Shown here piece after piece: positions 25,150 through 33,811 of a stretch of DNA of 48,366 nucleotides (its first letter is position 1; each line of letters starts with the position of its first letter). The translations under genes and the position numbers were made by a program. Source of the stretch: Eubacteriales bacterium (GTDB lineage Bacteria > Bacillota > Clostridia > Oscillospirales > CAG-272); contig JAZORB010000077.1 in the NCBI GenBank assembly GCA_045656385.1, positions 1-48,366 on the forward strand, given 5' to 3'. The notes below the pieces were generated by a model. The model made no database searches. It was not told the DNA's origin and saw nothing but the letters and a program-made list of their open reading frames with translations.

Positions 25150-26280
25150 TTACTTCAGCTTTGCCGCGAAATCAGACATCATCTCGGAAATCTTGATATT
25201 CTGCGGGCAAACCTCCTCGCAGGCGGTGCAACCGATGCAGGCGGAGGGGAGCTTATCCTCGGGGAATGCCGAAAGTGCCATGGGCGCGATAAATCCGCCG
25301 TCCGAGAATACGTGCTCGTTGTAAAGCTCGATGATGCGCGGGATATCAAGGCTCATCGGGCAATGGGTGGTGCAATAGCTGCACGCGGTGCAGAAAAGTG
25401 TCTTCTTTCCGACCATGCTGTCGGCAATATTCATGAGGGTATCCCACTCGGTCTTATTAACCGGCTTTGCCTCGGTGAAGACCTCGATATTCTCTTTAAG
25501 CTGATCGAAATTCGACATACCCGAAAGAGTCACGTAAACTTCGGGCAGGCTTTGGATGAATCTGAACGCCCAAGCGGGGATGCTTTCATCGGGACGGAGA
25601 CCCGCAAGCTTCTGTGCGTAAGCATCCTCAAGAGTTGCAAGCTTGCCGCCGCGGACGGGCTCCATGACCCAAACAGGAATATTGCCGTATTCCTTCATCA
25701 TCTCGATCTTTGCCTTCGCATTCTGGAAGCTATAATCAAGCCAGTTGATCTGAAGCTGGCAGAATTCCATATACTGCGAATATTTGTCAAGGAAGCGGTG
25801 CATTGTTTCGAGAGTACCGTGAGTCGAGAAGCCAAGGTGCTTGATTTTGCCCTCTTCCTTCATCTTTACGAAATACATCACGTCACCGTAATTGTCATCG
25901 AGATATGCATCGATGTTCGACTCGGTTACGTTATGGATGAGATAGAAATCAAAGTAGTCAACGCGGCAGCGCTCGAGCTGCTTTGCAAAGATCTCCTCCG
26001 CCTTGCCCCAGTTTGCCTGTGCATATCCGGGGAATTTGGATGCGAGATAAAAGCTCTCGCGGGGATATTTTTCAAGAAGCTTACCCACCATCGGCTCGCT
26101 CTTGCCGTCGTGGTAGCCCCATGCAGTATCAAAATAATTTATGCCATTCTTAATTGCGTAATCAAACATTTCCGCGGTCTTTGCCTCGTCGATGGTCTTG
26201 TCCTCGCCGAAAGTGGGGAATCTCATACATCCCATACCGAGTGCAGAAAGCTTTTTGCCTTTAAATTCCTTGTAGATCAT
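25150..26280 (-). CDS. Aldo/keto reductase fused to a C-terminal 2x[4Fe-4S]-type Cys domain
   Basis: The AKR N-domain shows GMGCMRF and INYFDTAWGYH. The C-terminus has Cys clusters CTACSYCTTHCP and CIGCTACEEVCP. Confidence 0.8.
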   Translation of the reverse strand: MIYKEFKGKKLSALGMGCMRFPTFGEDKTIDEAKTAEMFDYAIKNGINYFDTAWGYHDGKSEPMVGKLLEKYPRESFYLASKFPGYAQANWGKAEEIFAKQLERCRVDYFDFYLIHNVTESNIDAYLDDNYGDVMYFVKMKEEGKIKHLGFSTHGTLETMHRFLDKYSQYMEFCQLQINWLDYSFQNAKAKIEMMKEYGNIPVWVMEPVRGGKLATLEDAYAQKLAGLRPDESIPAWAFRFIQSLPEVYVTLSGMSNFDQLKENIEVFTEAKPVNKTEWDTLMNIADSMVGKKTLFCTACSYCTTHCPMSLDIPRIIELYNEHVFSDGGFIAPMALSAFPEDKLPSACIGCTACEEVCPQNIKISEMMSDFAAKLK

Positions 26281-26311
26281 AATTTATCTCCTTTGTGTGT
26301 GCCGAAAGGTA

Positions 26312-26340
26312 TTGACTTTTGGCGTTATTAAGTATATAAT
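26312..26340 (+). promoter_or_regulatory. Promoter of the cupin-xth-hydrolase operon
   Basis: TTGACT (26312-26317), a 17-nt spacer, then TATAAT (26335-26340). Confidence 0.6.
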
Positions 26341-26364
26341 ATCATTATATTGTGCATTTGTCAA
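26336..26364 (-). promoter_or_regulatory. Promoter of the AKR-malQ-GH38 operon
   Basis: On the minus strand, TTGACA (26364-26359), a 17-nt spacer ending in TGa, then TATTAT (26341-26336). The -10 box overlaps the plus-strand -10 box by 5 nt. Confidence 0.6.
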
Positions 26365-26392
26365 GTGAAATTTTATTTGGAGGTAAAATATT

Positions 26393-26719
26393 ATGATCAA
26401 TTTTTCAAACATCAAAGCAACTCTCATGCCCGGCTTCAAGGGCGGCGACGGTGTGACCGCCGCACAGATGTTTGTCGACGACAAAAATAAAATAATGAGA
26501 ATAACCCTCGAGCCCGGCTGCTCGATCGGAATGCATTGCCACGAGGACTCCTGCGAGATCATTTACGTCCTCGAGGGAACCGGCACCGCTATCCTTGACG
26601 GAGTTGAGGAAAAGGTTGAAGCCGGCGAGTGTCACTACTGCCCCAAGGGTCACGAGCACTGCTTCATCAACAAGGGTAAGAAGGATCTTGTATTCTTCGC
26701 TGTTGTTCCCCAGCAGTAA
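26393..26719 (+). CDS. Cupin-domain protein
   Basis: 108 aa. The two-His cupin motifs are GMHCHEDSCEIIYVLEG and CPKGHEHCFIN. Confidence 0.75.
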   Translation: MINFSNIKATLMPGFKGGDGVTAAQMFVDDKNKIMRITLEPGCSIGMHCHEDSCEIIYVLEGTGTAILDGVEEKVEAGECHYCPKGHEHCFINKGKKDLVFFAVVPQQ

Positions 26720-26723
26720 GCCG

Positions 26724-27473
26724 ATGAAATTCATATCTTGGAACGTAAACGGATTCCGCGCGTGCCTTGAAAAGGGCTTCGGCGATTTCTTTGCCGAGCA
26801 GAACGCCGATTTTGTCTGCATTCAGGAAACAAAAATGCAGCCCGGGCAAGCCGCATTCGAGCCCGAAGGATACTATCAGTATTGGTACAGCGCCGAAAAG
26901 AAAGGTTATTCGGGCACGGCGATCTTCACGAAGCACCAGCCGCTTTCAGTCACCTACGGTATCGGCATTGCCGAGCACGACACCGAGGGGCGCGCCATCA
27001 CGCTTGAATACGAGGATTTCTACCTTCTCTGCGTCTACACTCCGAATGCACAGCGCGAGCTTGCGCGTCTTGATTATAGAATGGCTTGGGAGGATGCTCT
27101 GCGCGCTTATATCAAGTCTCTCGATGAAAAGAAACCGGTCATTTATTGCGGTGACCTCAATGTCGCGCACAACGAGATAGACCTTAAAAATCCCAAAACA
27201 AACCGAATGAGCGCAGGATTTTCCGATGAAGAACGCGGCAAATTCACCGAGCTTCTTGAAAGCGGATTCACCGATACCTTCCGCACTCTTTATCCCGATA
27301 AGATCGAGTATTCCTGGTGGAGCTACATGTTCTCGGCTCGTGCAAAGAACGTTGGGTGGCGCATTGACTATTTTGTCGTATCTAACCGACTGTTTGACCG
27401 CGTTAAAGACAGTTTTATCCTCACCTCGGTAATGGGCAGCGACCATTGCCCCGTCGGTATAATATTGGAGTAA
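26724..27473 (+). CDS. xth: Exodeoxyribonuclease III
   Basis: The true start is ATG 26724 (MKFISWNVNGFRA). Motifs CIQETK, GDLNVAH and SDHCPV are present. Confidence 0.9.
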   Translation: MKFISWNVNGFRACLEKGFGDFFAEQNADFVCIQETKMQPGQAAFEPEGYYQYWYSAEKKGYSGTAIFTKHQPLSVTYGIGIAEHDTEGRAITLEYEDFYLLCVYTPNAQRELARLDYRMAWEDALRAYIKSLDEKKPVIYCGDLNVAHNEIDLKNPKTNRMSAGFSDEERGKFTELLESGFTDTFRTLYPDKIEYSWWSYMFSARAKNVGWRIDYFVVSNRLFDRVKDSFILTSVMGSDHCPVGIILE

Positions 27474-27476
27474 AAA

Positions 27477-28451
27477 ATGATTTTCGAAAAAGCAATAATT
27501 AACGTATACAAAAGCAATATTCAAATCCGCCAGGACGGCAATCCGCTTCTGCATTACTATTCTGCTTCCGACTTCCCGGGGCTGCAACGCACGCCATTTG
27601 ATTTCGAGGGCAACGCAGGACAAAAATTGCAGGGTTACTACTATTATTATTCCTCACCGCGAAAGGACAGGCTCATCATTTTCGATCACGGAATGGGCAA
27701 CGGACACGTTGCTTATCTCAAGGAGATCGAGCTTATCGCGCGACACGGATACACCGTTTTCACCTACGACCACACGGGATGCCGCGAATCGGAAGGCGCA
27801 AATGTTGTCGGCTTCGCGCAGTCGCTCTGCGACCTCGATTACGCCATAAACGCGCTTCGTTCCGCGAAAAAATACGGAGATGCAAATTATACCGTCATCG
27901 GTCACAGTTGGGGCGGATTTGCCGCGCTGAACATTTCCGCGCTCCATCCCGAAATCGAATCCTGCATCTCGCTTTCGGGATTTATCGGTGTTGAAAGAAT
28001 GATCGAGCAATTCTTCTCGGGCATTCTCAAACTCTACCGCTCATCGGTGCTTCGACTTGAGCACGAATCGAATCCGATGTATTCGCTCATCGATGCTCGC
28101 AAGAGCCTGAAAAACTCTAAAAGCCGAATTCTTTACATAGCGTCCGACAACGACCCGACAGTAAAAACTGCGTATCATTTCGACACACTCAAAAACTCTC
28201 CTCCAGATGGTTCAAATATCGAATTTCACCTCGTTCATGGCAAACTGCACAACCCCAATTATTCGGAAAGTGCCGTTGCGGAGCTTGACAAAATGTCGAA
28301 GGCGATGACCGAGGGAATGAAGAAAAAGGAATTCGAAACGCCCGAGGCGGTCGATGCCTTCCGCACCTCGTGGGATTGGGAAAAGATCACCGAGCAGGAT
28401 GGAGAGCTTTGGGACAAGATCTTTGCTTTCATAGAAGGAGGCAGCAAATAA
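27477..28451 (+). CDS. Alpha/beta hydrolase
   Basis: 324 aa with nucleophile elbow GHSWGG. There is no signal peptide. Confidence 0.7.
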   Translation: MIFEKAIINVYKSNIQIRQDGNPLLHYYSASDFPGLQRTPFDFEGNAGQKLQGYYYYYSSPRKDRLIIFDHGMGNGHVAYLKEIELIARHGYTVFTYDHTGCRESEGANVVGFAQSLCDLDYAINALRSAKKYGDANYTVIGHSWGGFAALNISALHPEIESCISLSGFIGVERMIEQFFSGILKLYRSSVLRLEHESNPMYSLIDARKSLKNSKSRILYIASDNDPTVKTAYHFDTLKNSPPDGSNIEFHLVHGKLHNPNYSESAVAELDKMSKAMTEGMKKKEFETPEAVDAFRTSWDWEKITEQDGELWDKIFAFIEGGSK

Positions 28452-29404
28452 TGACCGATGCTTCCAAATTCGTATTTGAGAACTTTCACATCAGAAAGTC
28501 AAAAAAGCAAAAGGACGGATTCATTGACTATATCTGCAAATTCGCCGAAGATCAAGGTTACGCCGCAAAGGTAGAAAAAGCTTCCTTTGGCGCAAGAAAC
28601 ATAGTTATTGGCAACCCCGACAGCGCAAAAGCTGTCTATACCGCTCATTACGACACCTGTCCCCGACTTCCCTTCCCGAACTTCATCACCCCGAAGAATT
28701 TCTTCATTTATCTCGCCTATCAGCTTCTGATAACAGTTGCTCTGCTTGCAGTTCTTTTCGGAGCTGCTTTCGTTGCGGGAATACTTTCGGGCACAATTCT
28801 CGGCTTGCTCCAAGTGCATCAAGACGTTGTTGATGCAGTGGCGGGAATAATACCTCTGGTCGCATATTTCATTGTATTGTTCCTCATAATGAACGGTCCC
28901 GCAAACAAACACACCGCAAACGACAATACTTCGGGCGTCATCACGCTCATCGAGATAATGCAGGCACTTCCCGAAGACAAGCGAAACGAGATTGCTTTTG
29001 TGTTCTTCGATCTCGAAGAAATGGGACTTTTCGGTTCATCCGGTTTTGCTTCGAAGCATAAAAAGGCGATGAAGGACAAGCTTCTTCTCAATTTTGACTG
29101 CGTTTCGGACGGTTCGACCATCCTTTTTGCCGTCAAAAACTCTGCAAAAAAATATATCCCCGCGCTTGAAAAAAGCTTTATCCCCTGCGAAAAATTCGCT
29201 GTTGATATTGCGTCCAAGGGAGTTTTCTACCCCTCCGACCAAGCAAATTTCAAAGCAGGCGTCGGAGTTGCGGCACTCAATTATTCCAAAAAGCTCCGCA
29301 CACTTTATATGGATAAAATCCACACCGACAAGGACAGAGTTTTTGATGAAGAAAACATCGAATTTCTTACCGCAGGAGCTGTCCGCCTTCGCGAGGAATT
29401 ATGA
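28451..29404 (+). CDS. M28-family metallopeptidase carrying an inserted two-helix membrane hairpin
   Basis: The start ATG 28451 overlaps the upstream stop as TAATG. M28 motifs are AHYDT, ANDNTSG, DLEEMGLFGS and HTDKD. A hydrophobic insertion of about 65 aa (aa 83-147, nt 28697-28891) lies between the first two motifs. Confidence 0.7.
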   Translation: MTDASKFVFENFHIRKSKKQKDGFIDYICKFAEDQGYAAKVEKASFGARNIVIGNPDSAKAVYTAHYDTCPRLPFPNFITPKNFFIYLAYQLLITVALLAVLFGAAFVAGILSGTILGLLQVHQDVVDAVAGIIPLVAYFIVLFLIMNGPANKHTANDNTSGVITLIEIMQALPEDKRNEIAFVFFDLEEMGLFGSSGFASKHKKAMKDKLLLNFDCVSDGSTILFAVKNSAKKYIPALEKSFIPCEKFAVDIASKGVFYPSDQANFKAGVGVAALNYSKKLRTLYMDKIHTDKDRVFDEENIEFLTAGAVRLREEL

Positions 29405-30270
29405 TGCAAAAAATATTTTTCAAAGTAAAATTCAATAATTTTCGTGAAATATCGGGTTCAACGGCAAACGAAATACTTGACCGCGAGGAATGGGCGGAAT
29501 GTGAGGCTGTGCTCTGCCTGCCCGATTCATATTCCGAAAACGGCGAGCCGACTCAGCTGATTCTTTCCTGCCACGGTGCGGGAAATACTGTAAATGAAGA
29601 AGAAGACAAAACCGGCGGACTTGCCTATGTCTCTGAATGCATTCATGCGGGATTTGCCGCCCTTGATATCAGCGGAAGCGAAGCGCACGGTCTTACAATG
29701 GGCTGCCCCGAACATGTATTTGCGCTTTACAAAGCATATCGCTACGCAATCAAGCATTACAACCTTACCGAAAGAGTACTCATCGCCGGTCACTCGATGG
29801 GCGGCGGAACGGCGATCAACTTTGCCAACACGTTCCCCTCCCTTGCGATTGCTCTTGCGATTTTCAACCCCGGACTCAGCTTTAACGGAGTACAGGTCGG
29901 CGATCACATCTGCCAAAATCCGTGGGACAGAAAATTCGAGGACGGGTACAGATATCGCAAGCTCATAACCCAATACTTCCGTTTTCCGACGGATGAATTC
30001 TGCCCCGATAATACCGCAGGATTCGAGCCTTACAGAACGCGCTCCTTGGTGGATTCCGAGGGGAAACGCGCGGTCATACCTCCCTGCCCCGTAAAGATCT
30101 GGCAGGGCGCGGACGATAAAACAGTCGATCCCATTCTTACACGCGAATATTACGATTCTATCCGCCGCACAGGATGCTACGCGGAACTGCACATCCTTGA
30201 CGGAGTAGCACACAAGGTTGTTCCCGCTATGAAAAAAGAACTTCTTTTGTGGTTTGAGCGATTTATTTAA
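29401..30270 (+). CDS. Alpha/beta hydrolase
   Basis: 289 aa with nucleophile elbow GHSMGG. It overlaps the M28 gene as ATGA. Confidence 0.7.
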   Translation: MMQKIFFKVKFNNFREISGSTANEILDREEWAECEAVLCLPDSYSENGEPTQLILSCHGAGNTVNEEEDKTGGLAYVSECIHAGFAALDISGSEAHGLTMGCPEHVFALYKAYRYAIKHYNLTERVLIAGHSMGGGTAINFANTFPSLAIALAIFNPGLSFNGVQVGDHICQNPWDRKFEDGYRYRKLITQYFRFPTDEFCPDNTAGFEPYRTRSLVDSEGKRAVIPPCPVKIWQGADDKTVDPILTREYYDSIRRTGCYAELHILDGVAHKVVPAMKKELLLWFERFI

Positions 30271-30281
30271 CCGAATATCAG

Positions 30282-30315
30282 CGCCGACTTTGAAAAAAGT
30301 CGGCGTCTTTGTTTT
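30282..30315 (+). terminator. Rho-independent terminator
   Basis: Stem cgccgactt pairs with aagtcggcg with loop tgaaaa, followed by tctttgtttt. Confidence 0.75.
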
Positions 30316-30333
30316 GAAATTGTGAATTTGGTA

Positions 30334-30362
30334 TTGCAAATTAACAGCGAAAATGCTATAAT
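30334..30362 (+). promoter_or_regulatory. Promoter of the lipoprotein-trkAH-GNAT-oxidoreductase unit
   Basis: TTGCAA (30334-30339), a 17-nt spacer ending in TGc, then TATAAT (30357-30362). Confidence 0.6.
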
Positions 30363-30401
30363 GTTTATAAATATATAATCTTTAAGCCATTTGGAGTGAC
30401 T

Positions 30402-32435
30402 ATGAAAAATATTAAAAATATAATAAAAGCTGCAGTGGGGCTCGGACTTCTGATTTCAGTTGCCGCATTTGCTGCTTGCACAGATAAAGAAACCCCTGAA
30501 ATCACTACCGAAGCGGAGGAAGAAACAACAATGTATATCAACCCCGAAGACAACTATGAAGGCACCCTGAAAATTGAGGAAAGCGAGGACGGTAAGACCG
30601 TCACGATCTCCTATATGCTGAACGGCGAAAAAGTTTCATACACCGTTCCGAACAATGCGAACTATAAATCGGGCGGTTTCGCCGCAACCGATGATGTCGG
30701 ACGTGCACTTCCCACATCGCTCACCACGGGAATCTACGGCTCGAACGGCGAGAAATACGTTGGTATCTTCTACTTTCTCTGGCACGGTGAGCACGGTGAC
30801 GACGGTATATTTGACCTGCAGAAGATTATGGACAAATACGGCGACCTTGCCAAGGATGCAAACGCAAAGGATCCCGAAACAGGCAGGAAACTTTACGGCA
30901 ACGTCGGCACAATGCATTGGTTCGCCGAGCCGCTTTACGGATATTATTACGCAAGCGATTCATGGGTCATCCGCAAGCATATGGAATTACTTGCAAATGC
31001 AAATGTGGATTTTCTCTACTTTGACGTTACAAACGGTTATATCTACAAAGACAACGCGCTCAAAGTAATGAAGACCTGCCATGAACTGAATGAGCAGGGA
31101 TACGATGCACCGCAGGTCGTATTCTACACCAATTCGAACTCGAAAGGCGTTATGAAACAGCTTTACGATGAGATCTATTCAAAAAATCTCTATCCCGACA
31201 CATGGTTTTACGTTGACGGAAAGCCCTGCATCATCGGTGTTGAGGAAGGCAATATAAACAACTTCTTCACCGTCAAGGCCGCGCAATGGCCAAACGAAGG
31301 ATACAAGCAGAACGGTTGGCCTTGGATGGATTTCGAATGGCCGCAAAGAATCTTCAGCGACAAAAACGGAAATCCGAGTGCTATCAGCGTATCTATCGCA
31401 CAGCACAACCGCTCTATCACCTTCTCCGATTCCTCACTTTACGGCTATGCCTACAATCGAGGCAGAAGTTTCAACGGTGAAAAAGACGACAACGCTTCTA
31501 TGGAATCATACCGTGCGGCATTTGATGCGGATAATCTCATCACAAATCTCGGTCTGAACTTCCAGGCTCAGTGGGATCGCGCGATCTCTTCCGGCGCCCC
31601 CTACGTTCTCGTGACAGGTTGGAACGAATGGGTTGCACAGAGACAGAACGGAAAGACGCTTCGCGGCGATGACAGCCTTGTCTACTTTGTTGACACCGCT
31701 TCGATGGAATTTTCGCGCGACGCCGAAATGATGCGCGGCGGATATTTCGACAACTACTATATGCAGTTGATATCGAACATTCAAAAGCTCAAAGGCTCTG
31801 CGCCCATCATCATTCAGGATGCGAGAAACAAGATTGACATTGGAGCTTCTTTCGATCAGTGGCAGAAGGTCACCGTTTCCTATACCGATCCCGAAGGAGA
31901 TACCCGCGACCGTCAATCGAAATCATTCGGCGGCAAAGTTTTGCAAAACCGCACGGGCAGCAACGACATTGTTGAAGCAAAGGTAACAGGTGACACGGAA
32001 AATCTTTATTTTTACGTCCGATGCGCGAAGGACATTTCCGAATTTAATACCGAAAACTCCTGGATGCAGTTGTTTGTCAATACAAACAACAATGCAACCG
32101 ACGGTTGGTACGGCTACGATTTTCTTATCAACGCATGCCCCGAAAATGAGAATAAAACAACTGTTGCTTCATGTACATCAAACAGCGGCGTGCTTGAACT
32201 TAACCCGATCGGTAAAGTTACATACCGCGTTGAAGGCGCTGAAATGATGATCGAGGTCCCCCTCTCAATGCTTGGAATCAAAGATTACAAGCAGATCTAT
32301 CTTGAATTCAAGTGGGCGGATGCAGATCAGAATACCAAGTACACAACCATGGAGGATTTCTATCTCTACGGCGACATCGCACCTCTTGGCAGACTTAATT
32401 GGATATATCAGAATTATATTCCCAAGTCGAAATAA
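30402..32435 (+). CDS. Secreted lipoprotein, putative glycoside-hydrolase-like TIM-barrel protein with C-terminal beta-rich domains
   Basis: I place the start at ATG 30402 after GGAG; the track start 30396 is a GTG. The lipobox is AAFAAC. The segment WFAEPLYGYYYASDSWVIRKHMELLANANVDFLYFDVTNG resembles GH99/GH71-like family motifs, but this comes from weak recall. Confidence 0.5.
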   Translation: MKNIKNIIKAAVGLGLLISVAAFAACTDKETPEITTEAEEETTMYINPEDNYEGTLKIEESEDGKTVTISYMLNGEKVSYTVPNNANYKSGGFAATDDVGRALPTSLTTGIYGSNGEKYVGIFYFLWHGEHGDDGIFDLQKIMDKYGDLAKDANAKDPETGRKLYGNVGTMHWFAEPLYGYYYASDSWVIRKHMELLANANVDFLYFDVTNGYIYKDNALKVMKTCHELNEQGYDAPQVVFYTNSNSKGVMKQLYDEIYSKNLYPDTWFYVDGKPCIIGVEEGNINNFFTVKAAQWPNEGYKQNGWPWMDFEWPQRIFSDKNGNPSAISVSIAQHNRSITFSDSSLYGYAYNRGRSFNGEKDDNASMESYRAAFDADNLITNLGLNFQAQWDRAISSGAPYVLVTGWNEWVAQRQNGKTLRGDDSLVYFVDTASMEFSRDAEMMRGGYFDNYYMQLISNIQKLKGSAPIIIQDARNKIDIGASFDQWQKVTVSYTDPEGDTRDRQSKSFGGKVLQNRTGSNDIVEAKVTGDTENLYFYVRCAKDISEFNTENSWMQLFVNTNNNATDGWYGYDFLINACPENENKTTVASCTSNSGVLELNPIGKVTYRVEGAEMMIEVPLSMLGIKDYKQIYLEFKWADADQNTKYTTMEDFYLYGDIAPLGRLNWIYQNYIPKSK

Positions 32436-32444
32436 GGAGTAAAA

Positions 32445-33803
32445 ATGAAAATAATTATTGTTGGATGCGGCAAAATCGGCAAAAGTCTCATTGAAAGCCT
32501 TGTTGGCGAAGGACATGACGTTGCTGTTATAGATAAGCTTCCATCCGTCATAGAAGAAGTTACGAACACTTACGACGTCATAGGTTTGTGCGGAATAGGC
32601 ACCGACTGCGAGGTTCTCGCCGAGGCAGGTGCCGCGCGTGCAGACATAGTGATCGGCGTAACCGGCTCGGACGAGCTTAATATGCTTGCCTGTTATATCG
32701 CTAAAACACTCGGCGCAAAGAACACCGTTGCCCGCATAAGAGACCGCGAGTATAACGACAAGAGCCTTGGATTTATGCAGCAGCAGCTTCAGCTTTCAAT
32801 GTCGATCAATCCGGAAATGTCCGTCGCTCACACCATCGCAAACATTCTCAAGTTTCCATCAGCGGTCAATATCGACACCTTCGACTCGAACAAATTCGAG
32901 ATCGTTGAAATAATTCTTGGAGATAATTCTCCGCTTTCGGGAATGACAATGATAGACCTCAGACGCCACAGCCCCGGAAAATTCCTTATCTGCTCGGTAA
33001 TGCGCCGAAACGAAGTAATCATACCCGACGGTCGCTTTGAACTGCAAAACGGCGACAGGATCGCTCTTACCGCCGCTCCGAACGAGATCGGCAAGCTGCT
33101 TCGCAGCTTTGGTCTCATCACAAGAAAGACAAAGAACGTCATGATCCTCGGCGGCAGCAGGATCGCATATTACCTCTCGCAGTCGCTTCTTGCATCCGGA
33201 AATAAGGTCACCGTTATCGATAAGGATGCAGAAAAATGCGAAGAATTTGCTGAATCGCTCCCCGGCGTTACGGTTATCTGCGGGGACGGAGCAAATCAGG
33301 ATATGCTCATTGAAGAAGGTCTGGGACAGACCGATGCATTTGTTGCTCTGACGGGATTCGACGAAAACAATATACTGATCTCCTACTTTGCTTCCTCACA
33401 AAAGGTGCCGAAGGTCATAGCAAAGGTCAACCGCCCCGAGTTTAATCCCATTGCCGGAAAGCTCGGAATTGACACACTTATCTCGCCTCTGCAAACTGTT
33501 GCCGATGAGATCCTTCGTTATGCCCGAGCACTGCAAAACTCCGTCGGAAGCAATGTGGAAAAGCTATACAAAATAATGGACGGAAAAGTCGAGGCACTCG
33601 AATTTAATGTCCGCGCAGATTTCAAGTATGCCGGAAAGGCACTTAAGGAGATCAAATTCAAGCAAAATATCCTGATTGCAGGCATTTTGCGTAACCGCAA
33701 ACCGATAGTCCCGAGCGGCGACGATATAATCTTGCCGGGAGATAAGGTTATAGTTATTGCCGCAAACCATAGGCTCTACGACCTTTCCGATATTATTGCA
33801 TAG
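32445..33803 (+). CDS. trkA: Trk potassium uptake protein TrkA (tandem RCK)
   Basis: There are two Rossmann starts, KIIIVGCGKIG and VMILGGSRIA. 452 aa. Confidence 0.9.
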   Translation: MKIIIVGCGKIGKSLIESLVGEGHDVAVIDKLPSVIEEVTNTYDVIGLCGIGTDCEVLAEAGAARADIVIGVTGSDELNMLACYIAKTLGAKNTVARIRDREYNDKSLGFMQQQLQLSMSINPEMSVAHTIANILKFPSAVNIDTFDSNKFEIVEIILGDNSPLSGMTMIDLRRHSPGKFLICSVMRRNEVIIPDGRFELQNGDRIALTAAPNEIGKLLRSFGLITRKTKNVMILGGSRIAYYLSQSLLASGNKVTVIDKDAEKCEEFAESLPGVTVICGDGANQDMLIEEGLGQTDAFVALTGFDENNILISYFASSQKVPKVIAKVNRPEFNPIAGKLGIDTLISPLQTVADEILRYARALQNSVGSNVEKLYKIMDGKVEALEFNVRADFKYAGKALKEIKFKQNILIAGILRNRKPIVPSGDDIILPGDKVIVIAANHRLYDLSDIIA

Positions 33804-33811
33804 GTGACGTT

